NCBI GenBank assembly: GCA_038253755.1
Contig: JBBSGU010000002.1
Location: 42,257-106,256, forward strand
From: Gemmatimonadales bacterium
GTDB lineage: Bacteria; Gemmatimonadota; Gemmatimonadetes; Gemmatimonadales; Gemmatimonadaceae
Length of the DNA: 64,000 bases
Reading direction: 5' to 3'
Of the stretch, positions 28,849-37,831 are shown piece after piece; within the stretch, counting starts at the first letter, position 1, and each line of letters begins with the position of its first letter. The translations under genes and the position numbers were made by a program. The notes beneath the pieces are model-generated. The model saw only the letters and a list, made by a program, of their open reading frames with translations. It was not told the origin of the DNA and made no database searches.

Positions 28849-29705
28849 CCGAGCGGGTTTTCATCATCGGTGCGGGGCACGTCGGGCGCGGACTCTACCG
28901 CGCGTTCAAGGCATCGGGCATCGATGTGATCGGCCTTCACGGTCGTCGTCCATCGCCGTGGACGACGTCGACCGGGTCATTGCCGACGGCGGTATCGAAT
29001 GCGAATACGATCATTGTCGCCGTTCGCGATGAGCAGATCGATGATGTCCTGTCGGATGTAACGTCGGAGCGCTGCAGCGGCGCACGCGGTCGAGTTGCAT
29101 CGGGAACAGTCGTCGTACATACCTCGGGTGGCGCGGAGCCTGAGTTGATTCCGCGGTTGTCAGAAGTGGGGTTGAGTGGTGGAACGTTTCACCCGCTCGT
29201 TCCATTCGCGATTCCCGAACGTGCGTCCGAGCTGATGAGGCGCGCCTGGATCGGCATCGATGGAGATGACCAGGCTCGCGCCACGTCGCGACGACTGGCG
29301 GGGCATGTCGGTGCTCGTACACTCGAGATTCCAGCTGGCGGCAAAAGCGTTTACCACGCGGCCGCTGTGATGAGCTCCAATTTTCCAGTCGTCCTGGCCG
29401 CCATCGCCGGCGAAATGCTCGCGAGCCTGGGTATTCCCGACCGGAGCGCGCAGCAGGCGGTGCACAGTCTCATGGAAGGGGCCGTTTCCAACCTGTCGGA
29501 GGCGGCGCCCGACCAGGCTCTGACCGGGCCAGTGGTGCGGGGAGATTCGGAGACAATCGTCCGGCATCTGAACGCCATTCGAAGCGATCCCGAGGCGAGG
29601 GCCGTTTACAAGAGGATGTCGCTCGCTGCTCTGGCAATCGCTTCGCGCGGCGGGACTGACCCCGAAAAGATCGAGGAAATGAGGAAGATTCTTTTGCTTC
29701 GGTAG
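28845..29705 (+). CDS. Rossmann-like/DUF2520 domain protein (PanG-like ketopantoate reductase candidate)
   Basis: IIGAGHVG, VHTSG, FHPL, YHAAAVMSSNF, ALTGPVVRGD. Confidence 0.85.
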   Translation: MTERVFIIGAGHVGRGLYRAFKASGIDVIGLHGRRPSPWTTSTGSLPTAVSNANTIIVAVRDEQIDDVLSDVTSERCSGARGRVASGTVVVHTSGGAEPELIPRLSEVGLSGGTFHPLVPFAIPERASELMRRAWIGIDGDDQARATSRRLAGHVGARTLEIPAGGKSVYHAAAVMSSNFPVVLAAIAGEMLASLGIPDRSAQQAVHSLMEGAVSNLSEAAPDQALTGPVVRGDSETIVRHLNAIRSDPEARAVYKRMSLAALAIASRGGTDPEKIEEMRKILLLR

Positions 29706-29798
29706 CAATGAACCCTCCTTGATCTGCCTAGGGGAACTGCTAAACGACTTTACCGCTGAGAAAAGAATGAGACGCTGAGCAGCCGGAAATAAATCGGA

Positions 29799-30455
29799 TT
29801 AGAACGAACTGGAATCGAGGACACGCGCATTCTTCGGAGGAGTGAATTTGAACTCCGATGCGGAGATCGAGACATTTGGCTGAAGCTTTGTGATCGTCAC
29901 AACGCGAGTCAGACCATTCACATCGATGACCTCGAACTGCCTGATGCTGTTGTCCTGCGCATCGACCCACACCTTCGCGCGCGAGAACATGTTGTTGTCC
30001 TGCTTCGGAACGAGCGTCACGATGTTCGTGCGCCTGCCTGCAACGGTGGCCGATCCGGCCGAAGTGATCGTGTAGCGCTTTGCCGAAGAGTTGAGAAAGA
30101 GCTCACCAGGCTCGACCAGTGCGAGCGTGCTCTTTCCATTCGAGGGAAGGCGCATGACCTGGCCTGGAGCGCTGCTTGGGAGATAGACCCACAGCGACTT
30201 GCCGTCGGCGACAACCCGATCGCCCTGCGGATCGGAAAAATTCAACGAGAGCAGGTTCGGTGCCCGCCGGAACATCACTCCGTGTGAGACGGCGTTGGTG
30301 CCGGTGAGCGGATTAGTGATGGTCTGCTGGAATTCAGCGCGGAGAGTCTTCATCTCTGAATAAGCGCTGGACGCGTTCTGCATTATCACTTCTGGTGTCT
30401 GTGCCTGAGCGCCCGCGGCTGCACCGAGGGCGAGGATAATTGCCATGATTTTCAT
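29799..30455 (-). CDS. lolA: Outer-membrane lipoprotein carrier protein LolA family
   Basis: Signal peptide; AEFQQ; VVADGKSLWVY; C-terminal FKFTPPKNA. Confidence 0.85.
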   Translation of the reverse strand: MKIMAIILALGAAAGAQAQTPEVIMQNASSAYSEMKTLRAEFQQTITNPLTGTNAVSHGVMFRRAPNLLSLNFSDPQGDRVVADGKSLWVYLPSSAPGQVMRLPSNGKSTLALVEPGELFLNSSAKRYTITSAGSATVAGRRTNIVTLVPKQDNNMFSRAKVWVDAQDNSIRQFEVIDVNGLTRVVTITKLQPNVSISASEFKFTPPKNARVLDSSSF

Positions 30456-30488
30456 GTGACTTCCTACCCGCGGCGGAGTGTGTCGTTC

Positions 30489-31523
30489 CTACGCAACCGG
30501 GCCATCTGTCACGCGGCGTCCAATCGCTGCAGCGACCGCCCGCAACTCTTCGACCAGGCTCGTGAGCTGATCCGGGAACAAGGACTGCGCACCGTCGGAC
30601 AGCGCGTTGTCGGGATGAGGATGCATTTCGACGATGATTCCATCGGCTCCGGCCGCGAGAGCCGCACGCGCCATTGGCGTAACCTTGTCGCGAATTCCTG
30701 TTCCGTGACTCGGATCACCGACGATCGGCAGATGCGAAAGCTTGTGAACCGTCGGAATCGCCGTGACGTCGAACATGTTGCGAGATGACGGATCAAAGCT
30801 GCGAACTCCGCGCTCGCAGAGGATCACCTGTCCGTTTCCCTCGGACAGAATGTATTCCGCGCTCAGCAGCAGGTCGGTAATCGTGGCCGCCATGCCGCGT
30901 TTGAGGAGCACCGGCTTGCCGATGCGTCCAACTGTCTTCAGCAGCGAATAGTTCTGCATGTTGCGCGCGCCGATCTGAATACAATCGGCGACCTCCGCAA
31001 CGAGATGCGCTCCTTCATCATCCATCGCTTCCGTGACGATCGGCAAACCAGTCTCTCTCTTTGCCAGCGCCAGGAGCTCGAGGCCCTGCTTGCCGAGGCC
31101 TTGAAACGAATACGGAGAGCTGCGCGGCTTGAATGCCCCACCCCGAAGCGCACTCCCTCCTGCGGCGACTACGGCCCGCGCGGATTCGAGAATTTGCGAC
31201 TCCGACTCGACGGAGCAGGGGCCGGCGACAACGGGAACCTCATTTCCGCCGAATGAGACACCGGGTGCGATCGTGACAACCGTGCTCTCGGGTCTCCACT
31301 CACGCGATACCTGCTTGTAGGGCTGCGTGACATGGATGATCTCCTGAACGCCGGGAAGAGCCGCCAGGCGCGATGCGTTTACTCTCCCATCGTTACCGAC
31401 GATCCCGATGGCAGTACGCTGAGCGCCCGGCATCGGCCGCGCGTCGTAACCCATTTCCTTGATGACGGCGACTACGCGATCGACCTCCGCGGTGGCCGCG
31501 CCGTGTTGCATCACTACGAGCAT
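30489..31523 (-). CDS. aroF: 3-deoxy-7-phosphoheptulonate (DAHP) synthase, type I-beta
   Basis: AGPCSVES, LRGGAFKPRSSPYSFQG, QIGARNMQN, LCERG, DPSH, SDGAQSL; N-terminal ACT-like domain. Confidence 0.95.
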   Translation of the reverse strand: MLVVMQHGAATAEVDRVVAVIKEMGYDARPMPGAQRTAIGIVGNDGRVNASRLAALPGVQEIIHVTQPYKQVSREWRPESTVVTIAPGVSFGGNEVPVVAGPCSVESESQILESARAVVAAGGSALRGGAFKPRSSPYSFQGLGKQGLELLALAKRETGLPIVTEAMDDEGAHLVAEVADCIQIGARNMQNYSLLKTVGRIGKPVLLKRGMAATITDLLLSAEYILSEGNGQVILCERGVRSFDPSSRNMFDVTAIPTVHKLSHLPIVGDPSHGTGIRDKVTPMARAALAAGADGIIVEMHPHPDNALSDGAQSLFPDQLTSLVEELRAVAAAIGRRVTDGPVA

Positions 31524-31524
31524 G

Positions 31525-34500
31525 TCAGGCGCTCAGTGCGGCTGGCTCGGCCGCTGAAAGATTTCCAGCGATCGCTTCTTCGACGGCCACGCCCTTCATG
31601 TGAACGCTGACGAGCGAGGAGACACCCGGTTCCTGCATCGTTACGCCGTACACGGCATCGGCGGCTTCCGTAGTGGTGCGAGGGTTGTGCGTGATTACGA
31701 TGAACTGTGTTTTTGACTTGAACTGGTTGAGCATACGAACAAAGCGACCGATGTTGGCGTCATCGAGAGGCGCATCGACTTCGTCCATAAGGCAGAACGG
31801 ACTGGGTTTCGTGAGAAAGATGCCGAACAGCAGGGATAGTGCGACAAGTGCACGCTCTCCACTCGACAGGAGATGGATTCGCTGAGTGCGCTTGCCGCGC
31901 GGCGCAGCGTGAATCTCGATATCGCCATCCAGCGGTGACTCGGGATTCTCCAGCCGAAGATCGCACTCACCGCCGCCGAACAGCGTCATGAAAATATTGC
32001 GGAAGTTCTCACGAACCTGCACGAACGTAGTCAGGAATAGATCGCGTGCAGTTGCGTCGATCTCGCGGATGGCCTGCTGAAGCGAAAGCTTCGCGGCGGC
32101 GAGATCGGCACGCTGGGATGTGATCAGCTCGAGACGCTTCTGCTCTTCCTCGTGCTCCTCGATTGCCAGCGGGTTTACCGGGCCGAGTGACTCGATCTGG
32201 TCGCGGAGCTGCGTGGATTCAGCACGAAGTTCTTCGTCGCTCGTCTCGACGGGAGCGAGATTCGCCATCAGGTCTTCCAGTGGCTTTCTCCACTCCGTTT
32301 CGAGACGTTCGCGGATCGCTGCGCGACGGCCCGACAGTTCGGTCAGGCGCAGCTCCGAGTGATGCATCTCCTCGATCAGTGCACCGGACCGATGGCGAAC
32401 ATCTGTCAGCTCATGCTCTGACTGTTCGAGCTTCTCGTCGGTGGTCTTCACCGCAAGCTCTGCATTCGCAAGTCGAGTCTCGGCGTCTTCGAGCGTGGCC
32501 TGCTTTGCATCGAGATCGAGCTGCCATCCCGACAACTGAGTTGCGAGCTCGCCATCCGCCGCCGATAGACTGCTCAGTTCCGACTGAAGGGATTCCAGTC
32601 TAGCGTTGGCCGAGGTGAATTCTTCGCGAAGATGACGTTCGCGATCGCTTGCAACCTGAAGGCGCGCCTGTGACTGAGCGCTGGCAATCTGGCTGGCCGT
32701 TCGACGGTCTCGCGCGTCATCCTGACGCGCTTCGGTCTCGGCCAACAGCTGACGCGCATCTGCAACTGTCTGCTCGTGCTGAGCGATGGCCGTTTCTTTT
32801 TCGACGATGGAAGCGGCGATCTGGGCGATGCTCTCTGTGAGATTCAGCTCACGCGACGCGAGTCTCTCGAGCAACGCAGACGCATCTCCCACTTCCTTCA
32901 ATGCTCTGTGATGGCGCCGCGTTGCAGCCGTGAAAAGGTCTTCTGCTTCCGCGGCCGCCCGCGAAGCATTGACCGAACTCTCCTGTGCCGCGGTGGCTGC
33001 GCGCTCTGCTGTCTCCAGAGTGGCGCGGATTGCGGCCGCTGATTCTTCGGCAGCGACCCGGGCTGATTCGGCCTGAGAAAGGTCGCGACGCGATTCGCTG
33101 ATTTCCGCGCGGCGGCGAAGCGGACCCGGACCGGCAACATTGGCCGGGAGCCAGATAGCGCCACGACCATCGACGAAACCGGTTCCGTTTTCAATCGGCG
33201 TCACGCGGCCGAGCAGCGTTCTTACCCAGTGTGCAGCCGGAGATTCGGATCGAACAAGTTTTGACAGCTCGTCGTGCGTCTCGTCAGATCCCGCGGGAGC
33301 ATTGCCGATCGAGTCAGCCGGCAGCAGCAGAAGCGGACCGGGATTCGTCGCAGCGTGCCACGCGCGGATATCGTCTGCAACTTCTCTGTTCCTGACGAGA
33401 ACGGCGTGAACCGTCGCGCCAAGGAATCGCTCGATCAGCGACGCAGACGCTGCGTCAGTGCTGATGAAATCCGACAGAGGGCCGAGGACACTGCCTTCGC
33501 CGAAGCGTTCTCTCTCGTTCAACAATTTCGCAGCCGCCGGGGCGAGGCCAACACGCTCACGCTCCAGGCCCTCGAGTGCGTTCAGCTTGCTCGACAGCGC
33601 TGTGTGGACTTCTTCGGATCTAAGCAGATGCGAACGGGCCGATGAATCGGCATCGCGAGCGGAGCGCATAGCGGTTTGAGCGGCCTGATGCTCTTCGTGC
33701 AAGGCGGTGTTTCGGTCCCGCGCTGATTGAAGCGACTCTTCAATGGCCGTGAGCTCCCGGCGTACCATCGCTTCATTATCTGATAGCTGCGCCTGCTCTT
33801 CGAGAAGAGACGCGCGGCGGGCCGAAAGGTCCTGCAGTTCGCGCTCGGTTCCCTGGCGATCGAGTGCGTGACGATGCGCCAGCTCTCGCATTTCGCGAAC
33901 AGCGCGATCGGCCGTCTCGACCGCGGCACGAGCAGATGACAAGGCTGATCGCACCGATTCCTCTTCAGCGGTGTGCGCCGCAAGGGAGGTGTTGGCCAGC
34001 GCGAGCTCGGCTTCGAGTTGACCGCGGTGCGCCACGGCATTCTCGAGCTCGTCGCTTACGCGCTCCACTGTCGTATCGCCCTCCTGTCTCTCCTGCTCGG
34101 CTCGTTCACGACGGGAGACCGCGTTGCGCTGCCTCTCCTCGGCGACGGCTATTCCTGCACGGAGTGCCTGCGTGGTCTCGCGTTGCTCGGCCACCAATCG
34201 CGCGAGCTCGCCGCGGCGTGCCTCAGCCGCCGCTCGGGTTCCGTGAGCCGCATCGCGCGCGGCTTCCGCTGCGGCGACGCTTTCTTCACCGGCTGGAACT
34301 TCCTTTCGAAGCTCGGTAACTCTTGCTTCGAGCGTCGCCAGCTCATCACGCCAGGCGTCCATCTCGCGGGCAGCGAGAGCGATCTCGACAGTGTAGCGGC
34401 GCGATGTAATCTCGACGTGCTTCTCCGCGCGACGACGCTGGCGTGCAAGTGAACGCACCTGGGTCTGTACTTCGGAGATCAAGTCATCGAGACGCCCGAG

Positions 34501-35061
34501 ATCGACTGCAGTTTCCTCCAGGCGACGCTCAGACGACCGCTTGCGATCGCGGTACAGGCCGACTCCAGCCGCTTCCTCAAAAAGCTCACGACGCTCGTCG
34601 GGCCTGTCGGACAGCAGGGCGTCGATCATCTTGCTCTCGATCACAACGCCCGAATCCGCGCCGAGTCCGGTTCCGCGAACCATGTCATGGATATCGCGCA
34701 GGCGGCACGGCGCGTTGTTCAGGAGATAGTCGCTCTCACCAGAGCGGCTCAAGCGGCGGGTGATGACGACTTCCCGGAATGGAACGCCAAGCGCTCCATC
34801 ATCGTTCTCGAAGTGCAGCGAGACTTCGGCGATGTTTACGGGTCGTCTCGCAGACGATCCCTGGAAAATCACCTCTTCCATCTTTGCACCGCGGAGCGCG
34901 CGGGCCCGCTGTTCGCCGAGCACCCACCGAACTGCATCGGAGACGTTGGACTTTCCGCATCCGTTTGGTCCGACGATCGCCGTTACACCGGGCTCGAACA
35001 GCAGCTCGGTCTCATCTGCGAATGATTTGAATCCCTGCAGCTCGAGTTTCGTCAGACGCAC
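31525..35061 (-). CDS. smc: Chromosome segregation protein SMC
   Basis: GFKSF, GPNGCGKSN, long coiled coils with hinge, LSSGE signature, MDEVDAPLD; 1178 aa. Confidence 0.96.
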   Translation of the reverse strand: MRLTKLELQGFKSFADETELLFEPGVTAIVGPNGCGKSNVSDAVRWVLGEQRARALRGAKMEEVIFQGSSARRPVNIAEVSLHFENDDGALGVPFREVVITRRLSRSGESDYLLNNAPCRLRDIHDMVRGTGLGADSGVVIESKMIDALLSDRPDERRELFEEAAGVGLYRDRKRSSERRLEETAVDLGRLDDLISEVQTQVRSLARQRRRAEKHVEITSRRYTVEIALAAREMDAWRDELATLEARVTELRKEVPAGEESVAAAEAARDAAHGTRAAAEARRGELARLVAEQRETTQALRAGIAVAEERQRNAVSRRERAEQERQEGDTTVERVSDELENAVAHRGQLEAELALANTSLAAHTAEEESVRSALSSARAAVETADRAVREMRELAHRHALDRQGTERELQDLSARRASLLEEQAQLSDNEAMVRRELTAIEESLQSARDRNTALHEEHQAAQTAMRSARDADSSARSHLLRSEEVHTALSSKLNALEGLERERVGLAPAAAKLLNERERFGEGSVLGPLSDFISTDAASASLIERFLGATVHAVLVRNREVADDIRAWHAATNPGPLLLLPADSIGNAPAGSDETHDELSKLVRSESPAAHWVRTLLGRVTPIENGTGFVDGRGAIWLPANVAGPGPLRRRAEISESRRDLSQAESARVAAEESAAAIRATLETAERAATAAQESSVNASRAAAEAEDLFTAATRRHHRALKEVGDASALLERLASRELNLTESIAQIAASIVEKETAIAQHEQTVADARQLLAETEARQDDARDRRTASQIASAQSQARLQVASDRERHLREEFTSANARLESLQSELSSLSAADGELATQLSGWQLDLDAKQATLEDAETRLANAELAVKTTDEKLEQSEHELTDVRHRSGALIEEMHHSELRLTELSGRRAAIRERLETEWRKPLEDLMANLAPVETSDEELRAESTQLRDQIESLGPVNPLAIEEHEEEQKRLELITSQRADLAAAKLSLQQAIREIDATARDLFLTTFVQVRENFRNIFMTLFGGGECDLRLENPESPLDGDIEIHAAPRGKRTQRIHLLSSGERALVALSLLFGIFLTKPSPFCLMDEVDAPLDDANIGRFVRMLNQFKSKTQFIVITHNPRTTTEAADAVYGVTMQEPGVSSLVSVHMKGVAVEEAIAGNLSAAEPAALSA

Positions 35062-36347
35062 TACGGAAATCTCCCTGTTCGATACGCCAGCACTGGAGTT
35101 ACGCCGGCAACACGCAGGGCGGACACTGCCAGCGAGGCCTGTTCAGGAGTCTCAAATGCCCCCGTATAGACCAGCGCGCTTCCATCGCGCTGAGTGAGCG
35201 CGTAGGCCACAATGCCACGTCCCGCAAAATTCTGGATTTTGTCCCGCACGGCCGCGGCTACTCCGCCCTGAGCCGGAATACTGTCAACGAGAAACGCCAG
35301 CGGCACGTGAGCAACTGAGCCAGCCGAATCGGCGACGACCTTCCGTCTCCGCAGCAGTGCGAGGAGCTGATCAGCCTGCAGTATCTCAGGATAGGCACCC
35401 GCGTACACCTTGTACCATGTCGCTTCCGTATCTCCGATTGGAACGAGAGAGATAGTGGCGTTCGGCATCACCGGCCCATGGCGCTTCAACTCAAAGTTAG
35501 CACCGTCGGCTGTATTTGAGGCGAGAATCTCGACTGAAAATCCGAGCGCTTTTGATGAATCGAGGGGATTTATCGGAGCGAGCGCGACTGGATGCGGAAC
35601 TCGAACCGAATCGGTCTTCGCTGAATCAACTCGAGCCGCGATTTTCGCCGGAACTGTTTCCGCGGTGCGGGAGCTTGCGTACCACGCGCCGCCGGCAACC
35701 CCCGCGGCAAGAATCATCGCTGCGGCTAGTCCGGCCTTGAGCGGTGTCCACGGCTCGGACTTCGGCGCCAGGTCGATCTTCGGCGGGGCAACGATACTCG
35801 GGTGAGGGACTTTTGCGAGCACAGTGGCGTTGGGCAGCGCGTCGAGCTTCTGCAATCCTACGAGTACGACGCCATCGACCTGCAGAATCAGCCTGGCGAG
35901 TCCGGGCGCACTCGGAGCGACGACCAGCAGCAACAGCTCATGGGCGTTTGCGAATTCCGAAGCGAAATGCTGCCAACGCTCGCTGGATATGATCTTTTCG
36001 GTTGCCGGCGACTCGGTGCCGCTCGGCATGATGAAGAGGTTATCGGCGCCCTTTACTTCGCGCGCGATCCGGCCGAACGACGTGCCGAATTCGAAGCTGT
36101 CGTACACCCCGTGCGAGTCATCGTCACCCACGAGTGCCTGCAACGGTGGGGTTTCGCCGCCAAGGTCGCCAATCATGACGAGGCGATGAGCGCTTTCGGC
36201 GAGGCCGATCCCGATGGCTACGTGGGCGGCGGCTGTAAGGTCATTGGACGTTACGACGACTGATGAATATCCGCGAAGCGCGACCGCAGCCTGGCGTCCG
36301 GCGCCTTCGTACGCGCCGCCGGGGGCACGACCCGCGGGAGAATTCAC
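35061..36347 (-). CDS. Hypothetical bitopic membrane protein with C-terminal SPOR-like domains
   Basis: Central TM (AGLAAAMILAAGVAGGAW); WYKVYAGAY and LVYTGAF..PEQA resemble SPOR repeats; overlaps smc by 1 bp. Confidence 0.65.
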   Translation of the reverse strand: MNSPAGRAPGGAYEGAGRQAAVALRGYSSVVVTSNDLTAAAHVAIGIGLAESAHRLVMIGDLGGETPPLQALVGDDDSHGVYDSFEFGTSFGRIAREVKGADNLFIMPSGTESPATEKIISSERWQHFASEFANAHELLLLVVAPSAPGLARLILQVDGVVLVGLQKLDALPNATVLAKVPHPSIVAPPKIDLAPKSEPWTPLKAGLAAAMILAAGVAGGAWYASSRTAETVPAKIAARVDSAKTDSVRVPHPVALAPINPLDSSKALGFSVEILASNTADGANFELKRHGPVMPNATISLVPIGDTEATWYKVYAGAYPEILQADQLLALLRRRKVVADSAGSVAHVPLAFLVDSIPAQGGVAAAVRDKIQNFAGRGIVAYALTQRDGSALVYTGAFETPEQASLAVSALRVAGVTPVLAYRTGRFP

Positions 36348-37831
36348 TGCGACGCCTCGTAGATCCAGTACTGACGCCCTGAGTCCCTGCCCACCTTTTC
36401 CGCCTCTTCGCGCGTTTGGAACGGGCCCAGCACCACCCGGTAGATCGTCGTGGCACCAGATTCCGTCGCGGAAACCCGCGGATGCGTTCCGTTTATCGTT
36501 ATCTCGGCTGCGAGCTCGCTGGCCTTCTGCGCTGTCAGGACTGCCGCGAATGAAATCACGTAACCTGCCGCGCGTGGGTTTGTTAGTGCTGGCGGCGGGA
36601 TGATCATCGACGGGGCTGTGTCGCGAATCGGCGGAGCAAAGCTATCGGCTCTAATTCCGGCTGCCGAATCGCCCGCTTGAGAGCTGTTGCCCGATCCGAA
36701 GCTGACCGGGCGGTCCAGATCCGCAGACCTGGGACGAAAACCATTCCAGGTCACGAAATACCAGAAGTCAGCCGCGCCGCCCTTGACCGTATTCATATCT
36801 TCAAGTGTAACGGCATTTGCCATTGTCACGTCGGCGCCGCGCAAAGTCGCGATCGTCGATCCCGATGCGAAGGCTGGAAGATCGCTGCGCCACGCGGTGT
36901 GAATTGTCCCCTCGAGCTTGTCGCTGCCGACTCCCACCACCCATGCAGAGTCACCTCCACCAGCAGGGCGGACCAGGAGAACCTGGCCGAGCGGATCCAT
37001 TCGGAAATCCGAGGCGGCGGCGGGCAGGGTCACCGACCCGTTGACTGATTCAGAGTACCGGTCGATGACCGTGAGCTCGCTCGAACCCTTTACTGCGATG
37101 TACAACCGGTCACCGCTCGGCGTCGGGACGATCGCCACGACTGGATTCCTGAGTCTTACGCTTTTGAGCATGGAAAGATCGCGCGTTCTGACGCCGATGA
37201 GGCCGCTGTCGACGGTGAAGTAAAGCCGGTCGCCGATTTGCGTGCGAACTCCCCTTGAGACGAGCGGTAGCGTGGCAGTTTCGACAATCGCGTCATCTGT
37301 GGGTCGAATGAGCCAGAGATGGGTTCTCGAACCCTGATTACCGGCAACGATGACGGAGCCGTTCGGCTGCGGAGCTATCCAGCGGGCGGGTGAGGGAGGC
37401 CTGAAGGTCCAATCGCCGCTTGGCGTGAGTCGGAGCATCTCACCTTTCGCAGTAACCCCATAGACGTCGGCGCCGTTGGCGGAGGTGAGGGCCGTCAGCT
37501 TCTCGCGTGACGCAAACCGCGCCTCTGATGCACGGAAGTCGAGCCGTCTCGCCATTCCATTGTCGTCAACGAAGGCAACGACACCACCGTCGGTATCGAA
37601 TCCGAGAATGTGATCGATTGGGGGCACTCCTGAGAGCGACCACGCGACCGAATCGAAGAGAGGATAGATGTAAACCCGAGCGGTTCCGCCGTTGAGGGGA
37701 ACGCGGAGGATAAGCTGGTCGGGTCCTCGGGGTGTGGAGGGTGATGCAACGGCTGACGACGCTGGCCGTTCGCCCCTACATGAGGCGACGGCGAGCGTCA
37801 GCGCTAGCAGCCAGGTCGAAGTTCTAGAAAC
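36344..37831 (-). CDS. Putative lipoprotein with beta-propeller-like region and C-terminal SPOR domain (start codon uncertain)
   Basis: C-terminal YRVVLGPFQTREEAE SPOR motif; frame is open upstream of GTG 37627 through SRTSTWLLALTLAVASC (lipobox). Confidence 0.75.
   Translation of the reverse strand, partial: VSRTSTWLLALTLAVASCRGERPASSAVASPSTPRGPDQLILRVPLNGGTARVYIYPLFDSVAWSLSGVPPIDHILGFDTDGGVVAFVDDNGMARRLDFRASEARFASREKLTALTSANGADVYGVTAKGEMLRLTPSGDWTFRPPSPARWIAPQPNGSVIVAGNQGSRTHLWLIRPTDDAIVETATLPLVSRGVRTQIGDRLYFTVDSGLIGVRTRDLSMLKSVRLRNPVVAIVPTPSGDRLYIAVKGSSELTVIDRYSESVNGSVTLPAAASDFRMDPLGQVLLVRPAGGGDSAWVVGVGSDKLEGTIHTAWRSDLPAFASGSTIATLRGADVTMANAVTLEDMNTVKGGAADFWYFVTWNGFRPRSADLDRPVSFGSGNSSQAGDSAAGIRADSFAPPIRDTAPSMIIPPPALTNPRAAGYVISFAAVLTAQKASELAAEITINGTHPRVSATESGATTIYRVVLGPFQTREEAEKVGRDSGRQYWIYEASQ

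Noticed and set aside
37690-37705. Suspected frameshift in the SPOR lipoprotein gene
   Set aside because: Recounting the G-run shows RVPLNGG is continuous in one frame
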